Notes: generated from the letters alone by a model not told the origin. 64,000 nt of DNA from Nanobdellota archaeon (GCA_018815925.1 JAHIWS010000021.1:25641-89640); one strand, 5' to 3'; counted from the stretch's first letter, positions 20,486 to 30,147 are shown. Program-made: numbers and translations.

Positions 20486-20687
20486 TATTTTTTACCTCTT
20501 TTTTAGTTCCATTTTTCTTTTCTAAATCCCAATATGCACTTTTACAATTTGGGCATATTCTCGGCTTTTCTTTTAATTCTCCTTCAAGTTGTGATAATTC
20601 AACACGAGGTATCCACTCGTGACCACATCTTAAACACTTGAAAGCATTTACTACCTTCTTAATCTTATACTTTTCTTTGTTGTTCAT
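20475..20687 (-). CDS. Small zinc-ribbon protein, candidate regulator
   Basis: CLRCGHEW...PRICPNCKSAYWD; first gene of the R-M operon, divergent from the transposase. Confidence 0.75.
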   Translation of the reverse strand: MNNKEKYKIKKVVNAFKCLRCGHEWIPRVELSQLEGELKEKPRICPNCKSAYWDLEKKNGTKKEVKNNGK

Positions 20688-20808
20688 TGGTTTATTTAAG
20701 TTTAACTCCTTTATATAATTATCGTTTATAAAAACAATGTTAATATTAGTTAATTTTATTGTAATGTAGTATATAAGTATATTTTTATCGTCGGTTATTA
20801 TATTGTAT

Positions 20809-20869
20809 TTACTTATATAGGTAAGAAATAGAAAGGTTTATATAGTAGTTATTACTTATATAAGTAAGA
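20809..20869. promoter_or_regulatory. Transposase promoter with TATA box flanked by two palindromic operators
   Basis: TTACTTATATAGGTAA (20809-20824) and TTACTTATATAAGTAA (20852-20867) around GAAAGG-TTTATATA (20831-20844). Confidence 0.7.
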
Positions 20870-22128
20870 TGATAAAAGTAAATAATCAAATACAAGCAAC
20901 GGATATAAGAAAACTTAACAGAGAAGAAAGAGGTAAGTTAATTTTTAAATCAGGAAGAATAAGAAAACAAAATGACTTCTGGGTTGTTGGTTCTCAAACT
21001 TCTTTCAAAGCATACAAAGTTAAATTTAATGGACACAAGCCAACTTGTAACTGCCCTGATTGTGAATTAAGAAAGACAAAATGCAAACACATCTATGCAG
21101 TTGAATTTTATATTAAAAGACAAATAGATGAAGAAGGAAAGATAACAGAAACCAAAGGTATTAAAATTAAGTATAAGCAAGATTGGAGTGCCTATAATAA
21201 ATCTCAAACAAACGAAAAGTTAATTTTTATGAAGTTGTTAAAAGATTTGTGCGAGAATGTAGAACAGCCAGAATATAAATTTGGTCGTCCAACTTTACCT
21301 TTTTCAGATATGCTTTTTGGCTCTGTAATGAAAGTTTATACAGGATTTTCTTTAAGACGATTTATGTCTGATATGAAAATTGCCCACGATTACGGATTAG
21401 TTGATAATGTGCCTTGTTATTCTTCTCTATCTAACTTTATGAATAAAGAAGAAATTAAGGATATTTTAGAAAATCTAATAACCTTAAGTTCATTACCACT
21501 TAAAGAAATTGAAAAGGATTTTGCAGTTGATAGTTCAGGATTTTCTACTTCAAGATATGCTCGTTGGTTTGATTATAAATGGGGTAAAGAGAGAAAATAT
21601 AAGGTTTGGTTAAAGGCACATTTATGTTCAGGTGTAAAAACTAATATAATCACAGGAGTTAAAATTACAGAAGGACAAGAAAATGATAGTCCTCAATTAG
21701 CAGAATTAGTTAGAAAAACGGCAGAAAACTTTAATCTTAATGAGGTATCTGGAGATAAGGCATACAATTCAAAAAATAATTTTAAGATTATTGAAGAAGT
21801 TGGAGCAACACCTTTTATTCCTTTTAAGAAAAATGTTACAGGAAAAAGAGGTGGTTGTTTAATTTGGGGTAAAATGTATCATTATTTTATGTATAAACAT
21901 GAGGAATTTTTAGAACACTATCATAAAAGGTCTAACTCTGAAACAATTTTCCACATGATTAAGACAAAGTTTAGAGGAGATATTAAGAGCAAAAAACAAA
22001 CAGCACAATTTAACGAACTTCTGATTAAAGTTTTATGTCATAATATTTGTGTTGTAATTCAAGAAATAAACGAATTAGGAGTTAAAGCAGAATTTAGTCT
22101 TGAACATACAAGAGAAATTTCTGTTTAA
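20869..22128 (+). CDS. DDE transposase (IS4/IS5-superfamily type) with N-terminal SWIM zinc finger
   Basis: CNCPDC..CKH; AVDSSG, SGDKAY, YHKRSNSETIFHMIK (YREK motif). Confidence 0.92.
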   Translation: MIKVNNQIQATDIRKLNREERGKLIFKSGRIRKQNDFWVVGSQTSFKAYKVKFNGHKPTCNCPDCELRKTKCKHIYAVEFYIKRQIDEEGKITETKGIKIKYKQDWSAYNKSQTNEKLIFMKLLKDLCENVEQPEYKFGRPTLPFSDMLFGSVMKVYTGFSLRRFMSDMKIAHDYGLVDNVPCYSSLSNFMNKEEIKDILENLITLSSLPLKEIEKDFAVDSSGFSTSRYARWFDYKWGKERKYKVWLKAHLCSGVKTNIITGVKITEGQENDSPQLAELVRKTAENFNLNEVSGDKAYNSKNNFKIIEEVGATPFIPFKKNVTGKRGGCLIWGKMYHYFMYKHEEFLEHYHKRSNSETIFHMIKTKFRGDIKSKKQTAQFNELLIKVLCHNICVVIQEINELGVKAEFSLEHTREISV

Positions 22129-22147
22129 AAAGTATGATGATTTATTG

Positions 22148-22173
22148 ACTTATTAAACAAAGCCAGAAGTATA
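22148..22173. repeat. Right TIR plus right target-site duplication
   Basis: ACTTATTAAACAAAGC + C + AGAAGTATA. Confidence 0.9.
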
Positions 22174-22188
22174 TAAAAAAGCACAAAA

Positions 22189-22515
22189 CTAATCTGCAGA
22201 AGTAGTATTTCTATATATAACCTGTCTAATTTCAGAACTATCAATAACACCATTACTATCTAAATCATAAGATAAAATTTCATTAAATTTTCTTTCCCTA
22301 TAACTATTTTTTATCTCTTTATTCCATTGTTCATAGGACTTTCCTTCGCTAAATGGAAAAAGCCTATTAATAGGATCATAATTAACAAGGGGTATGGTAA
22401 CAAGACCACCTAAAGGAAATACAATTAAAAAAAAAGCCAATTGTTTACCAAGCTCTTTAAGTGCATTTTTTCTAGATAAAGGTTGAGAAATTCCTTTTTC
22501 TAAACTCATATACAT
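22189..22515 (-). CDS. Single-TM protein with an EF-hand-like loop
   Basis: TM segment; DLDSNGVIDSSE. Confidence 0.6.
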   Translation of the reverse strand: MYMSLEKGISQPLSRKNALKELGKQLAFFLIVFPLGGLVTIPLVNYDPINRLFPFSEGKSYEQWNKEIKNSYRERKFNEILSYDLDSNGVIDSSEIRQVIYRNTTSAD

Positions 22516-22595
22516 CAGAATAAACCAACACTTAAATATTTTTCTCTATTATAATCTACAAGAATATTTATAAATAATGGTCTTCTAACTCTGGT

Positions 22596-24584
22596 ATGAA
22601 AAAGAGTATATTAATTATATTTGGAATCTTATTATTTAGCTCCTTTGTAACCTCTGAAGTAATAATTAACTCACAGCCAACAGGAATTTACAATTTAGGA
22701 GATACAATTTCTATTCCTGTAACAATAAAAACAGTTAATAAAATATCAGGAACTTTTCAAATGGATTTGATTTGTAATGGACATCTAATAAATTTCTATA
22801 AAAATGGTGTAGGATTATCAGCAGGAGAAGAACAAAAAATGGACTCTTCACTTGTTCTAACAAAAGAAATAATTGGGGAAATTAAAGGAAATTGTGTAGT
22901 AAAATCAACTCTTGGAGAAGATTATATTTTATCAGATGAATTTAAAATATCAGATTTAATTGATATCCAAATAACAAATGAAGAAACTGAATTTGCTCCA
23001 GGAGATTACTTAATTCTAGAAGGAGAAGCAACAAAAGAAAATCAAGAAGATGTTGAAGGATTTATAGAATTTCAAATAGGAACAGATAATTCCACAGAAT
23101 TAATTACCCATATAGAATCTATAAATAAGGGATTTTTCCTAGCAAATATTTCAATACCCAAAAATATGAAGGCCGGAACCCACACTGTAAATATAAATGC
23201 TTATGAAAAAGACAATGCAAATCAAATCACAAACCAAGGTACTACAAGTTATAATATTTTAATAAAACAAATACCAACAAGTCTTGAAATAGTTCTTGAA
23301 GAATCAAAAATAGAACCAGGAAATAATTTAAGAGTAAAGGCAATTCTCCATGATCAAACAGGAGAAAAAATAGAAACATTCACAGTAATAACAATTAAAA
23401 ATAAAAAAGACAAAATTCTAGAACAAACCGAAATAGCAACAGATGAATTTTTAGAATATCCAATAAAAAACAATGAGCCCCCATCAGAATGGAAAATAGT
23501 AGCTATTTCAAATAAACTAACAAGCGAATCACAATTTCAAATAATGGAAAAAAAAGAAGTAAATATAGAAATAATCAATACAACATTAACTCTAACTAAT
23601 GCAGGAAACGTCCCTTACAATGATCTTGTTTTAATAAAAATAGGAAATGAGTCTCTAAACTTAAATGTTAGTTTAAAAGTAGATGAAGTGCAAAAATACA
23701 TCTTAAGTGCCCCTGATGGAGAATATCAAGTAGAAATAATGGGAATCAGCGAAAATGTTGCACTTACAGGAAACACAATTGATGTAAGGGAAGCATCAAC
23801 AGGAGTAATAAGCCTAGTAAGATATCCTATTGTGTGGATATTTATGATTGCTATTTTAGGATTTGTTGCATTCACAATTTTTAGAAAAGGTTATAAAAGA
23901 AGTTTTGTGGGGAGAATTATCCCTAAAAAAAAGCAAAAAGATAAATTTTCTTTAATTTCTTTAAGCAAAAAATCAATAATTAAAACCAAAAACAAAGCAG
24001 AACTTTCTTTATCAATTAAAGGAGAAAAACAAAATGCTAGTATTGTTGGTTTAAAAATTAAAAATCTAAAAGAAATAGAATCAAAAAAAAGTAATGCAGA
24101 AGAAATTTTACAAAAGGTAATTGACATGGCAGAAGGAAATAAAGCAGCAATTTATGAGAATCAGGAGAATATATTTTTCATACTAGCCCCAATAAAAACA
24201 AAAACTTTCAAAAATGAAAAAAATGCCTTAGAAATTTCTCAAAAAACCAAAGAGATACTGAACCAACATAATAAATTAGCTAAACAAAAAATAAATTTTG
24301 GCATTTCAATGGATTATGGAACAATTATTGCAAAACAAGAACCAAATGTCCTAAAATTTATGAGTATGGGAACATTAATTACAAATACAAAAAAAATTTC
24401 ATCTCTAGCTGATAATGAAATCTTATTAGGGGAAAAAATAAATGAAAGACTTACTTCTGAAATAAAAACAGAAAAACAAAGAAAACATAAAACCCCTGTG
24501 TATACAATAAAACAAATAAAAACATCTCCAAAAAATCATGAAAAATTCATCAGAACTTTTCTAGACAGAATGGAAAAGAAGTGA
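22596..24584 (+). CDS. Single-pass membrane protein with Ig-like ectodomain and degenerate class III nucleotide cyclase-like cytoplasmic domain
   Basis: Signal peptide, beta-rich region, TM at about aa 410-428, then GEKQNASIVGLKIKN..INFGISMDYG..EILLGE pattern. Confidence 0.6.
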   Translation: MKKSILIIFGILLFSSFVTSEVIINSQPTGIYNLGDTISIPVTIKTVNKISGTFQMDLICNGHLINFYKNGVGLSAGEEQKMDSSLVLTKEIIGEIKGNCVVKSTLGEDYILSDEFKISDLIDIQITNEETEFAPGDYLILEGEATKENQEDVEGFIEFQIGTDNSTELITHIESINKGFFLANISIPKNMKAGTHTVNINAYEKDNANQITNQGTTSYNILIKQIPTSLEIVLEESKIEPGNNLRVKAILHDQTGEKIETFTVITIKNKKDKILEQTEIATDEFLEYPIKNNEPPSEWKIVAISNKLTSESQFQIMEKKEVNIEIINTTLTLTNAGNVPYNDLVLIKIGNESLNLNVSLKVDEVQKYILSAPDGEYQVEIMGISENVALTGNTIDVREASTGVISLVRYPIVWIFMIAILGFVAFTIFRKGYKRSFVGRIIPKKKQKDKFSLISLSKKSIIKTKNKAELSLSIKGEKQNASIVGLKIKNLKEIESKKSNAEEILQKVIDMAEGNKAAIYENQENIFFILAPIKTKTFKNEKNALEISQKTKEILNQHNKLAKQKINFGISMDYGTIIAKQEPNVLKFMSMGTLITNTKKISSLADNEILLGEKINERLTSEIKTEKQRKHKTPVYTIKQIKTSPKNHEKFIRTFLDRMEKK

Positions 24585-25154
24585 TTAAACTAACTTCAAA
24601 TAACTATTAACTATTGCTCTTTTTATTTCAGGGTGTTTTTTTTCTAAATCATCAATAAAACTACTAAGCTTATTTTTATTTTTTTTAAATACTTTAAATT
24701 TTAATTTTTTTAACTTAGCATAAAGTAAAAGTTCTTTATCTAAAAATAAATACAAAGGTCTAATAATCTTATCTTCAACAGGTTTTAATTTTAAATTACT
24801 AATTTTATTATCAAGCAATGTTATTATTACTTTTTCTCCAACCACATCAAGATTATTAGAAATAGCCAACTTATCAACAGATTTTGGAATTATAGGAATA
24901 TTAGAATGTGATCTTTTTAATTTTATAATTTCAATTGGAGCTTTATTATCATAATATTTAAGAACATCTTCTAAAACTTCATCCCTAAAACACTCACCAC
25001 TAACATAACCAATAACATCTGCTCGTTTAATCATACTAAATTTCTTAATTGTATATAAAACTTTTTTTTGAAACCACCTAATAAAACAATTTTTACAAAC
25101 TCTCCTCTTGTTTGTAAATTCATACACTGGTTTTGTTTCACATATTTTACACAT
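24585..25154 (-). CDS. Degenerate TtuA/Ncs6-like protein (Zn finger kept, PP-loop lost)
   Basis: CKIC..VCKNCFIRWFQKKV..IKKFSMI, IIRPL, LEKKHP; no SGGKDS. Confidence 0.6.
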   Translation of the reverse strand: MCKICETKPVYEFTNKRRVCKNCFIRWFQKKVLYTIKKFSMIKRADVIGYVSGECFRDEVLEDVLKYYDNKAPIEIIKLKRSHSNIPIIPKSVDKLAISNNLDVVGEKVIITLLDNKISNLKLKPVEDKIIRPLYLFLDKELLLYAKLKKLKFKVFKKNKNKLSSFIDDLEKKHPEIKRAIVNSYLKLV

Positions 25155-25176
25155 TTAATTTAATAACCATTTAGAA

Positions 25177-25563
25177 TTATAAATCTTTAGAAACCAAATC
25201 TTCTTCTAACCTACCAATCAATGCTTCAAACCCTGGTTTATATCTTTCAGATATTCCAGGGACATCTTTTATAAAATCAAAATATTTTGATAGTTCTTTT
25301 ATATTTTTTTCATTACCTGAAAGGTTTCCAGAATTTACATAATAACCTGCACCTGCTATTAATTCTCTTCCACCAAAACATGACTTATTTAATTTTTCTA
25401 AACCTATTCCATAAAAACAATTTTTTTTCTCATCTTGGATTTTTACCCACAATAATTTTTTATCAACAACAAATCCATAAGTAATTAAGCCAGTAGCCTT
25501 ATCAGTATCCTCAAAATCCTGTTCCCACTTTAAATTTGATTTTTCTTTCATAAATTTAATCAA
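25177..25563 (-). CDS. Hypothetical protein
   Basis: 128-aa ORF with upstream TATA-like box. Confidence 0.55.
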   Translation of the reverse strand: MIKFMKEKSNLKWEQDFEDTDKATGLITYGFVVDKKLLWVKIQDEKKNCFYGIGLEKLNKSCFGGRELIAGAGYYVNSGNLSGNEKNIKELSKYFDFIKDVPGISERYKPGFEALIGRLEEDLVSKDL

Positions 25564-25590
25564 AATTAGATATATTTAAAACTTATTATT

Positions 25591-26460
25591 TTATAACTTT
25601 AACCCCTCAAACGTCTTTCTCTCCTTCAAACTTCCTTTCTTTGAATAAGCCTTAACCAAATCCTTAACTTTTTTATCCATAGTTTTATTATTATCCAGTA
25701 TAATTGCACTAGGAGCAGGATAATCTAGCTCAATTAATTTTCCAACACCTAAATTCTCAATAATTTTATTCTCAGTTTGATTTCTTCCAATAACAACCCA
25801 ACATTTATTAATCACAAAATGTCTGCCCACATTAACTAATTTAATTTCTTTTTCATTCATTCCCCTACTTAATAAATAATTTAACCTGTCTTTTAATTGT
25901 TTTTCACAAAGTAAACACCCTCCTGCAGGATGAGGATATTTTATCTTAAATTTTTTAGCCAGTTCAATCTGCTTCTTCCTACTTCTGCCTTTAATTCCAA
26001 AATCAATCAAAGGCCTAATAATCCTATTACCCAATCCTGTCTCTTTCTCAATTAATTCTATTTGTTTTTTTTGTTGACTCATTGGGCGCTGACCAGTAAC
26101 TTCTCCTGTTGCAATAAACTTAATTTTATTTTTATCTGCAAACTGCTTAGTTTTTTTTAACATAAAAATTCTACAATCAATACACGGATTTATCCCTGCT
26201 CCTGTTCCATGTTTAGCTTGTTTTACAATATTTAGATATTCTTGTAATAATTTTCCCTTAGAACAATCAATTATTTTTAATTTTAAGTTATGAAGTTGAG
26301 CAAAATTAAAACTACAAGCTTCACTGCAACAACCTGTTCCAAATGGAAGATTAAAAAAAACAGGCAATACCTCATATCCTTTCTCCTGCATAATTTTAAT
26401 AGCAAGTCTACTATCAAGACCTCCTGAAAACAGAACTATACATTTTTCCTTAGTTACCAT
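25591..26460 (-). CDS. PP-loop tRNA thiolation-like enzyme (ThiI/MnmA-related)
   Basis: LFSGGLDS, NPCIDCRIFM, ATGEVTGQRPMSQ, PAGGCLL, GRH. Confidence 0.8.
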   Translation of the reverse strand: MVTKEKCIVLFSGGLDSRLAIKIMQEKGYEVLPVFFNLPFGTGCCSEACSFNFAQLHNLKLKIIDCSKGKLLQEYLNIVKQAKHGTGAGINPCIDCRIFMLKKTKQFADKNKIKFIATGEVTGQRPMSQQKKQIELIEKETGLGNRIIRPLIDFGIKGRSRKKQIELAKKFKIKYPHPAGGCLLCEKQLKDRLNYLLSRGMNEKEIKLVNVGRHFVINKCWVVIGRNQTENKIIENLGVGKLIELDYPAPSAIILDNNKTMDKKVKDLVKAYSKKGSLKERKTFEGLKL

Positions 26461-26494
26461 AGATTAATTCTAAAAACACACTATAAAAACTATT

Positions 26495-27307
26495 TTATTT
26501 TTTTTTGCTATCCTTCTTAACTTTAGAAACCTCTTCCTTTACTATCTCTTGCACTTCTTTTCTTGAAAATTTCTTTTTTAAAAAATCAAAAGTCAAAAAC
26601 CTAAAAATAATTCCCAAGGCTAAAACAACAATTCCAATAATAATGCTAATTAAAAAAACATCTGTTGCTCTTGAAAAGAAAACACCTAAAAAATGTAAAA
26701 ATGATTTATTAATAAGTGAAAAAATCCAATCAAGTTTTCTAAAAAGCAATGCTGAAAATGTTAATAAAGCTCCTACAAGAATAAGCAAGTTAGGTTTATG
26801 TTCTACTAACAAAAACATCAGGGCTACTAAAACAATAGCAACAACTAATAAATAATAAAATTTCCCATTCCAGTAATCCTGAGCTTTTTTAGAAACAAGA
26901 AAAAAAGGAATTTCTGTTTCACCAAAACAACTCCAAAAACCACAATTATAATCCTTATAATAATTTTCTTCCATAAAATATTCAACACCATAATCAAAAA
27001 CATTATCAAAACCCAAATCCACAACATCACAAGGAATTGCAAAAGTTTGACCTTGCTCACTAAAAACATATTCTGAATAATTCTGACAATAATCCTGCAT
27101 AAGAGGAAATTTTTCTTCAAAAATAGAATTCAAATTTATTTCTTGTTCAGCAAGTTCCCTCACAACAGAACTCAACTCTGCTTTAATATTACCATAATCT
27201 AAAGATAAAGAAAATGTCAAAAATAAATTCCCTGCTAAAAAAACTACAAAAAGAACAGCACTTGCAATAACTAATAAACTACTCCTTATAACACCCATTT
27301 TATACAA
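26495..27307 (-). CDS. Multi-TM membrane protein
   Basis: Four or five hydrophobic segments and a Cys-containing loop. Confidence 0.7.
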   Translation of the reverse strand: MYKMGVIRSSLLVIASAVLFVVFLAGNLFLTFSLSLDYGNIKAELSSVVRELAEQEINLNSIFEEKFPLMQDYCQNYSEYVFSEQGQTFAIPCDVVDLGFDNVFDYGVEYFMEENYYKDYNCGFWSCFGETEIPFFLVSKKAQDYWNGKFYYLLVVAIVLVALMFLLVEHKPNLLILVGALLTFSALLFRKLDWIFSLINKSFLHFLGVFFSRATDVFLISIIIGIVVLALGIIFRFLTFDFLKKKFSRKEVQEIVKEEVSKVKKDSKKK

Positions 27308-27338
27308 AAGAAGTATTAAGGATTTATAAAATTAAGGA

Positions 27339-27701
27339 TTAATCAGCTTCTCCATCAAAACCCCCTAAAGATTCATAATGGCTATCTACTATCTCTCTTT
27401 TAGAAGCATTTCTCCACTGAATATCATCTATCTTGTAATAAATTAATGGATGAAAAAAATCACTACCTATAGCAACAGGACTACCTCTAATAACATGAGA
27501 ACCAAGGTAAGCATTTGCTCCCTCAGAAGCATTTCTTTCTCTGATTTTTAATCTATCTTCATTTCCAGAATATCCATCATATTTAAGAATAACAACACCA
27601 CTTAACTGAACAGGATTTATTACAACCTGATTAATATCTGAAATAATTAAACATTTTTTATTATTATCAAAAGCTAGCCTTACTAATTTTTCTCTAACCA
27701 T
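27339..27701 (-). CDS. Hypothetical protein
   Basis: 120-aa ORF with upstream TATA. Confidence 0.55.
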   Translation of the reverse strand: MVREKLVRLAFDNNKKCLIISDINQVVINPVQLSGVVILKYDGYSGNEDRLKIRERNASEGANAYLGSHVIRGSPVAIGSDFFHPLIYYKIDDIQWRNASKREIVDSHYESLGGFDGEAD

Positions 27702-27754
27702 TTTAAATTAAAAAACAAACAATTTATAACCTTTGTTATAAAACAAAATATATT

Positions 27755-28639
27755 TCACATCCTTTCTAAAACAGAAATTCTTTTTTCTAAAGGGGGGTGA
27801 GTATTTCCCCATCCCTTAAAAGGATTACTTATAAACAAAGGAGCAAGAGCTTTACTTACTTTCTTTTCTGGTTCCTTATGCTCTTCTTTAATCTTCTTTA
27901 AAGCCTTAATTAATCCACCAGGATATCTTGTAAATTTAACAGCACTTGCATCAGCAGAAAATTCTCTTTTTCTTGATATAGACATCTGAACAAAATAAAC
28001 AACAATAGGAGCTAAAATTGCCAAAGCAACTGCAATTATCATAAAAATAGCACCTCCTTTACTATCTCTATCTCCCCCTCTAAACCATAAACTCCTTAAA
28101 AAAATTTGGGAAATAATTGAAACCATACCTACTCCAACAGCTACTAAAGTCATATACCTCATATCATAACTTGCTATATGTCCTAATTCATGAGCTAAAA
28201 CTCCCTCTAATTCTCTTTTTTCTAATTTATCTAAGGCTCCTTCAGTTACACAAATTACTGCATGATGTGGATCTCTACCAGAAGCAAAAGCATTAATATT
28301 AGAGGAAGACATAATATAAAGTTTAGGCATAGGTATCCCACTGGCAATTGTCAATCCCTCAACTAAATCATAATATTGTTTATCTCTTTCACGAGAAGCT
28401 TTTTTAGCCCCAACACTAGCAATAGCAATTTTATGAGAATTATAAAAACTAAGCCACACATAAAATATTGAAAATAAACTAGCAAGAATCATAATAACAA
28501 AAAAATAACCTGGATCAGTCGCAAGAGTAATCACATAACCCAACACAATTATAATTATAAAAATCCCCAACATAAGAAAAAAAGACTTGTATTTATTTCT
28601 TGAAATCTGATCCCTGAAATCAATATGAACTTTTTCCAT
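27755..28639 (-). CDS. htpX: Zinc metalloprotease HtpX (M48)
   Basis: NAFASG, HELGH, SRKREFSADA, THPPLEKRI. Confidence 0.93.
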   Translation of the reverse strand: MEKVHIDFRDQISRNKYKSFFLMLGIFIIIIVLGYVITLATDPGYFFVIMILASLFSIFYVWLSFYNSHKIAIASVGAKKASRERDKQYYDLVEGLTIASGIPMPKLYIMSSSNINAFASGRDPHHAVICVTEGALDKLEKRELEGVLAHELGHIASYDMRYMTLVAVGVGMVSIISQIFLRSLWFRGGDRDSKGGAIFMIIAVALAILAPIVVYFVQMSISRKREFSADASAVKFTRYPGGLIKALKKIKEEHKEPEKKVSKALAPLFISNPFKGWGNTHPPLEKRISVLERM

Positions 28640-28684
28640 ATTAAAAATAATGAGAAAGAGTTTTTAAGTTTTAAGATAAGAATA

Positions 28685-29170
28685 TTAGATTAGAACAACC
28701 CCTTTTATTAAAGGTTTAATATAAATAATTTCCTCTTTATTATTTTCATAAAGAGGGACTCTAACTAATTCTTGATATCCACAAAATCTCAAAAGTGAAT
28801 TTACTTCCAAATTGTCAGAATGTGTGTCACAAATTAGCGCACCCTGACCAAATTTTCTTGCTTCAATTTCAGCCTGTCTAAGTAAAAAAGATCCAAAATA
28901 CCGCCCCCTAATCCAAGAATCAACTCTTAAATTCTTTAACTCCAATAATCCGCGTAATTGCTTATGAGATTGAAAAATTAAATCTCCAACCAAACAACCC
29001 TCACTAAAAGCTAAAATTACCTTCTTATACCCGCTTAATATTTCCTCTTTTGCTTTATTAACCCAATCTTGATAATTAGGATAACCCAAAGATTGTAATC
29101 TTAAAAAATTTTCTAAATCCAATACTTCAGACTCATCTTGTAGACCTCTAAACCTAAAATCAAATACCAT
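28685..29170 (-). CDS. GNAT family N-acetyltransferase
   Basis: LRVDSWIRGRYFGSFLL motif A; N..V..L..FCGY. Confidence 0.75.
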   Translation of the reverse strand: MVFDFRFRGLQDESEVLDLENFLRLQSLGYPNYQDWVNKAKEEILSGYKKVILAFSEGCLVGDLIFQSHKQLRGLLELKNLRVDSWIRGRYFGSFLLRQAEIEARKFGQGALICDTHSDNLEVNSLLRFCGYQELVRVPLYENNKEEIIYIKPLIKGVVLI

Positions 29171-29211
29171 TTCAAAATAAAACTATCTAAGGATTAATAA
29201 GAATTTATATT

Positions 29212-29763
29212 CTAAAACTTAACCTTCACAACTTTCTTTTCAGCTTCTGCAATCTTAATATACTCTTTAACTTTAAAATCATACAATCCTGCAAAAAACC
29301 TACCAGGCATTAGCTTAACTGAATTATTGTAGGACAAGATTGAATCATTATAATGTTGTCTTGCATAGGCAACCCTATCCTCTGTGGTTGCTAATTCTCT
29401 TTGTAATTCGAGAAAATTGGCGTTGGCTTTTAAATCAGGGTAATTTTCAGCCAAAGCAAATAATTTTCCTAAAAAACCCTCCATCTGATTATTTGCCTTC
29501 ATCTTTGCAGGCAAATCTTTAGCAGCAATCAAAGCTTTTCTAGCATCTGTAACAGACTTCATAATAGACTTCTCATGCTTCATGTATCCTTTAACACTCT
29601 CCATTAAATTTGGAATCAAATCAGTTCTTCTCTTAAGCTGCACATCAATCTGACTTAAAGAATTATCAATTCTATTGGACAATCTAGTAAATCTATTGTA
29701 ATATACAAAAAATGTAATTATAATAACTGCCACAATCCCTAATAAAATCCATAACCCTAACAT
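29212..29763 (-). CDS. lemA: LemA family protein
   Basis: IDVQLKRRTDLIPNL, AENYPDLKAN.NF, YARQHYN. Confidence 0.95.
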   Translation of the reverse strand: MLGLWILLGIVAVIIITFFVYYNRFTRLSNRIDNSLSQIDVQLKRRTDLIPNLMESVKGYMKHEKSIMKSVTDARKALIAAKDLPAKMKANNQMEGFLGKLFALAENYPDLKANANFLELQRELATTEDRVAYARQHYNDSILSYNNSVKLMPGRFFAGLYDFKVKEYIKIAEAEKKVVKVKF

Positions 29764-29797
29764 GAAAAGACTAAAGAAAAATAGTTTATAAATTTAG

Positions 29798-30073
29798 CTA
29801 TTTAGAATCTTTTTCAAGAGCATATTTAATACTACCACCCTCTAAAAAAGAAATTATTCCTAAAATGCCTTTATCATCAGAAGAATTATCTGGTTTTAAA
29901 TAAATAATAGCATCCCATGTCCTATTAACAACAGCTCCAATATAAGATTGACTATAATTTAAAGCTCGAGCATCTCCTAATGCTTCTTGAATAGTATCAT
30001 AAATCCTATCTTCAAAAATATCAATATCTAGCTCTAAACGACTAAAAGGAAACTTAACTTTTCTAATTGCAAT
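29798..30073 (-). CDS. Hypothetical protein (start uncertain; ORF-track 5' extension overlaps the ferredoxin)
   Basis: TATA at about 30096-30103 points to a start near ATT-GCA-ATT-AGA at 30073. Confidence 0.4.
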   Translation of the reverse strand: MAIRKVKFPFSRLELDIDIFEDRIYDTIQEALGDARALNYSQSYIGAVVNRTWDAIIYLKPDNSSDDKGILGIISFLEGGSIKYALEKDSK

Positions 30074-30147
30074 AGATAAAAAAACCCTTAAACCTTTATA
30101 AAAATTTATATCCAAAAACTTATAAATGAAAAAGTCTAGTCTTAAAA

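Larger units (their letters stand above)
18493..22164. mobile_element. 3,672-bp cargo-carrying DDE transposon with a type II R-M system
   Basis: Perfect 16-bp TIRs GCTTTGTTTAATAAGT (18494-18509) / ACTTATTAAACAAAGC (22148-22163); 9-bp flanking direct repeat AGAAGTATA (18484-18492, 22165-22173); one transposase inside. Confidence 0.92.
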
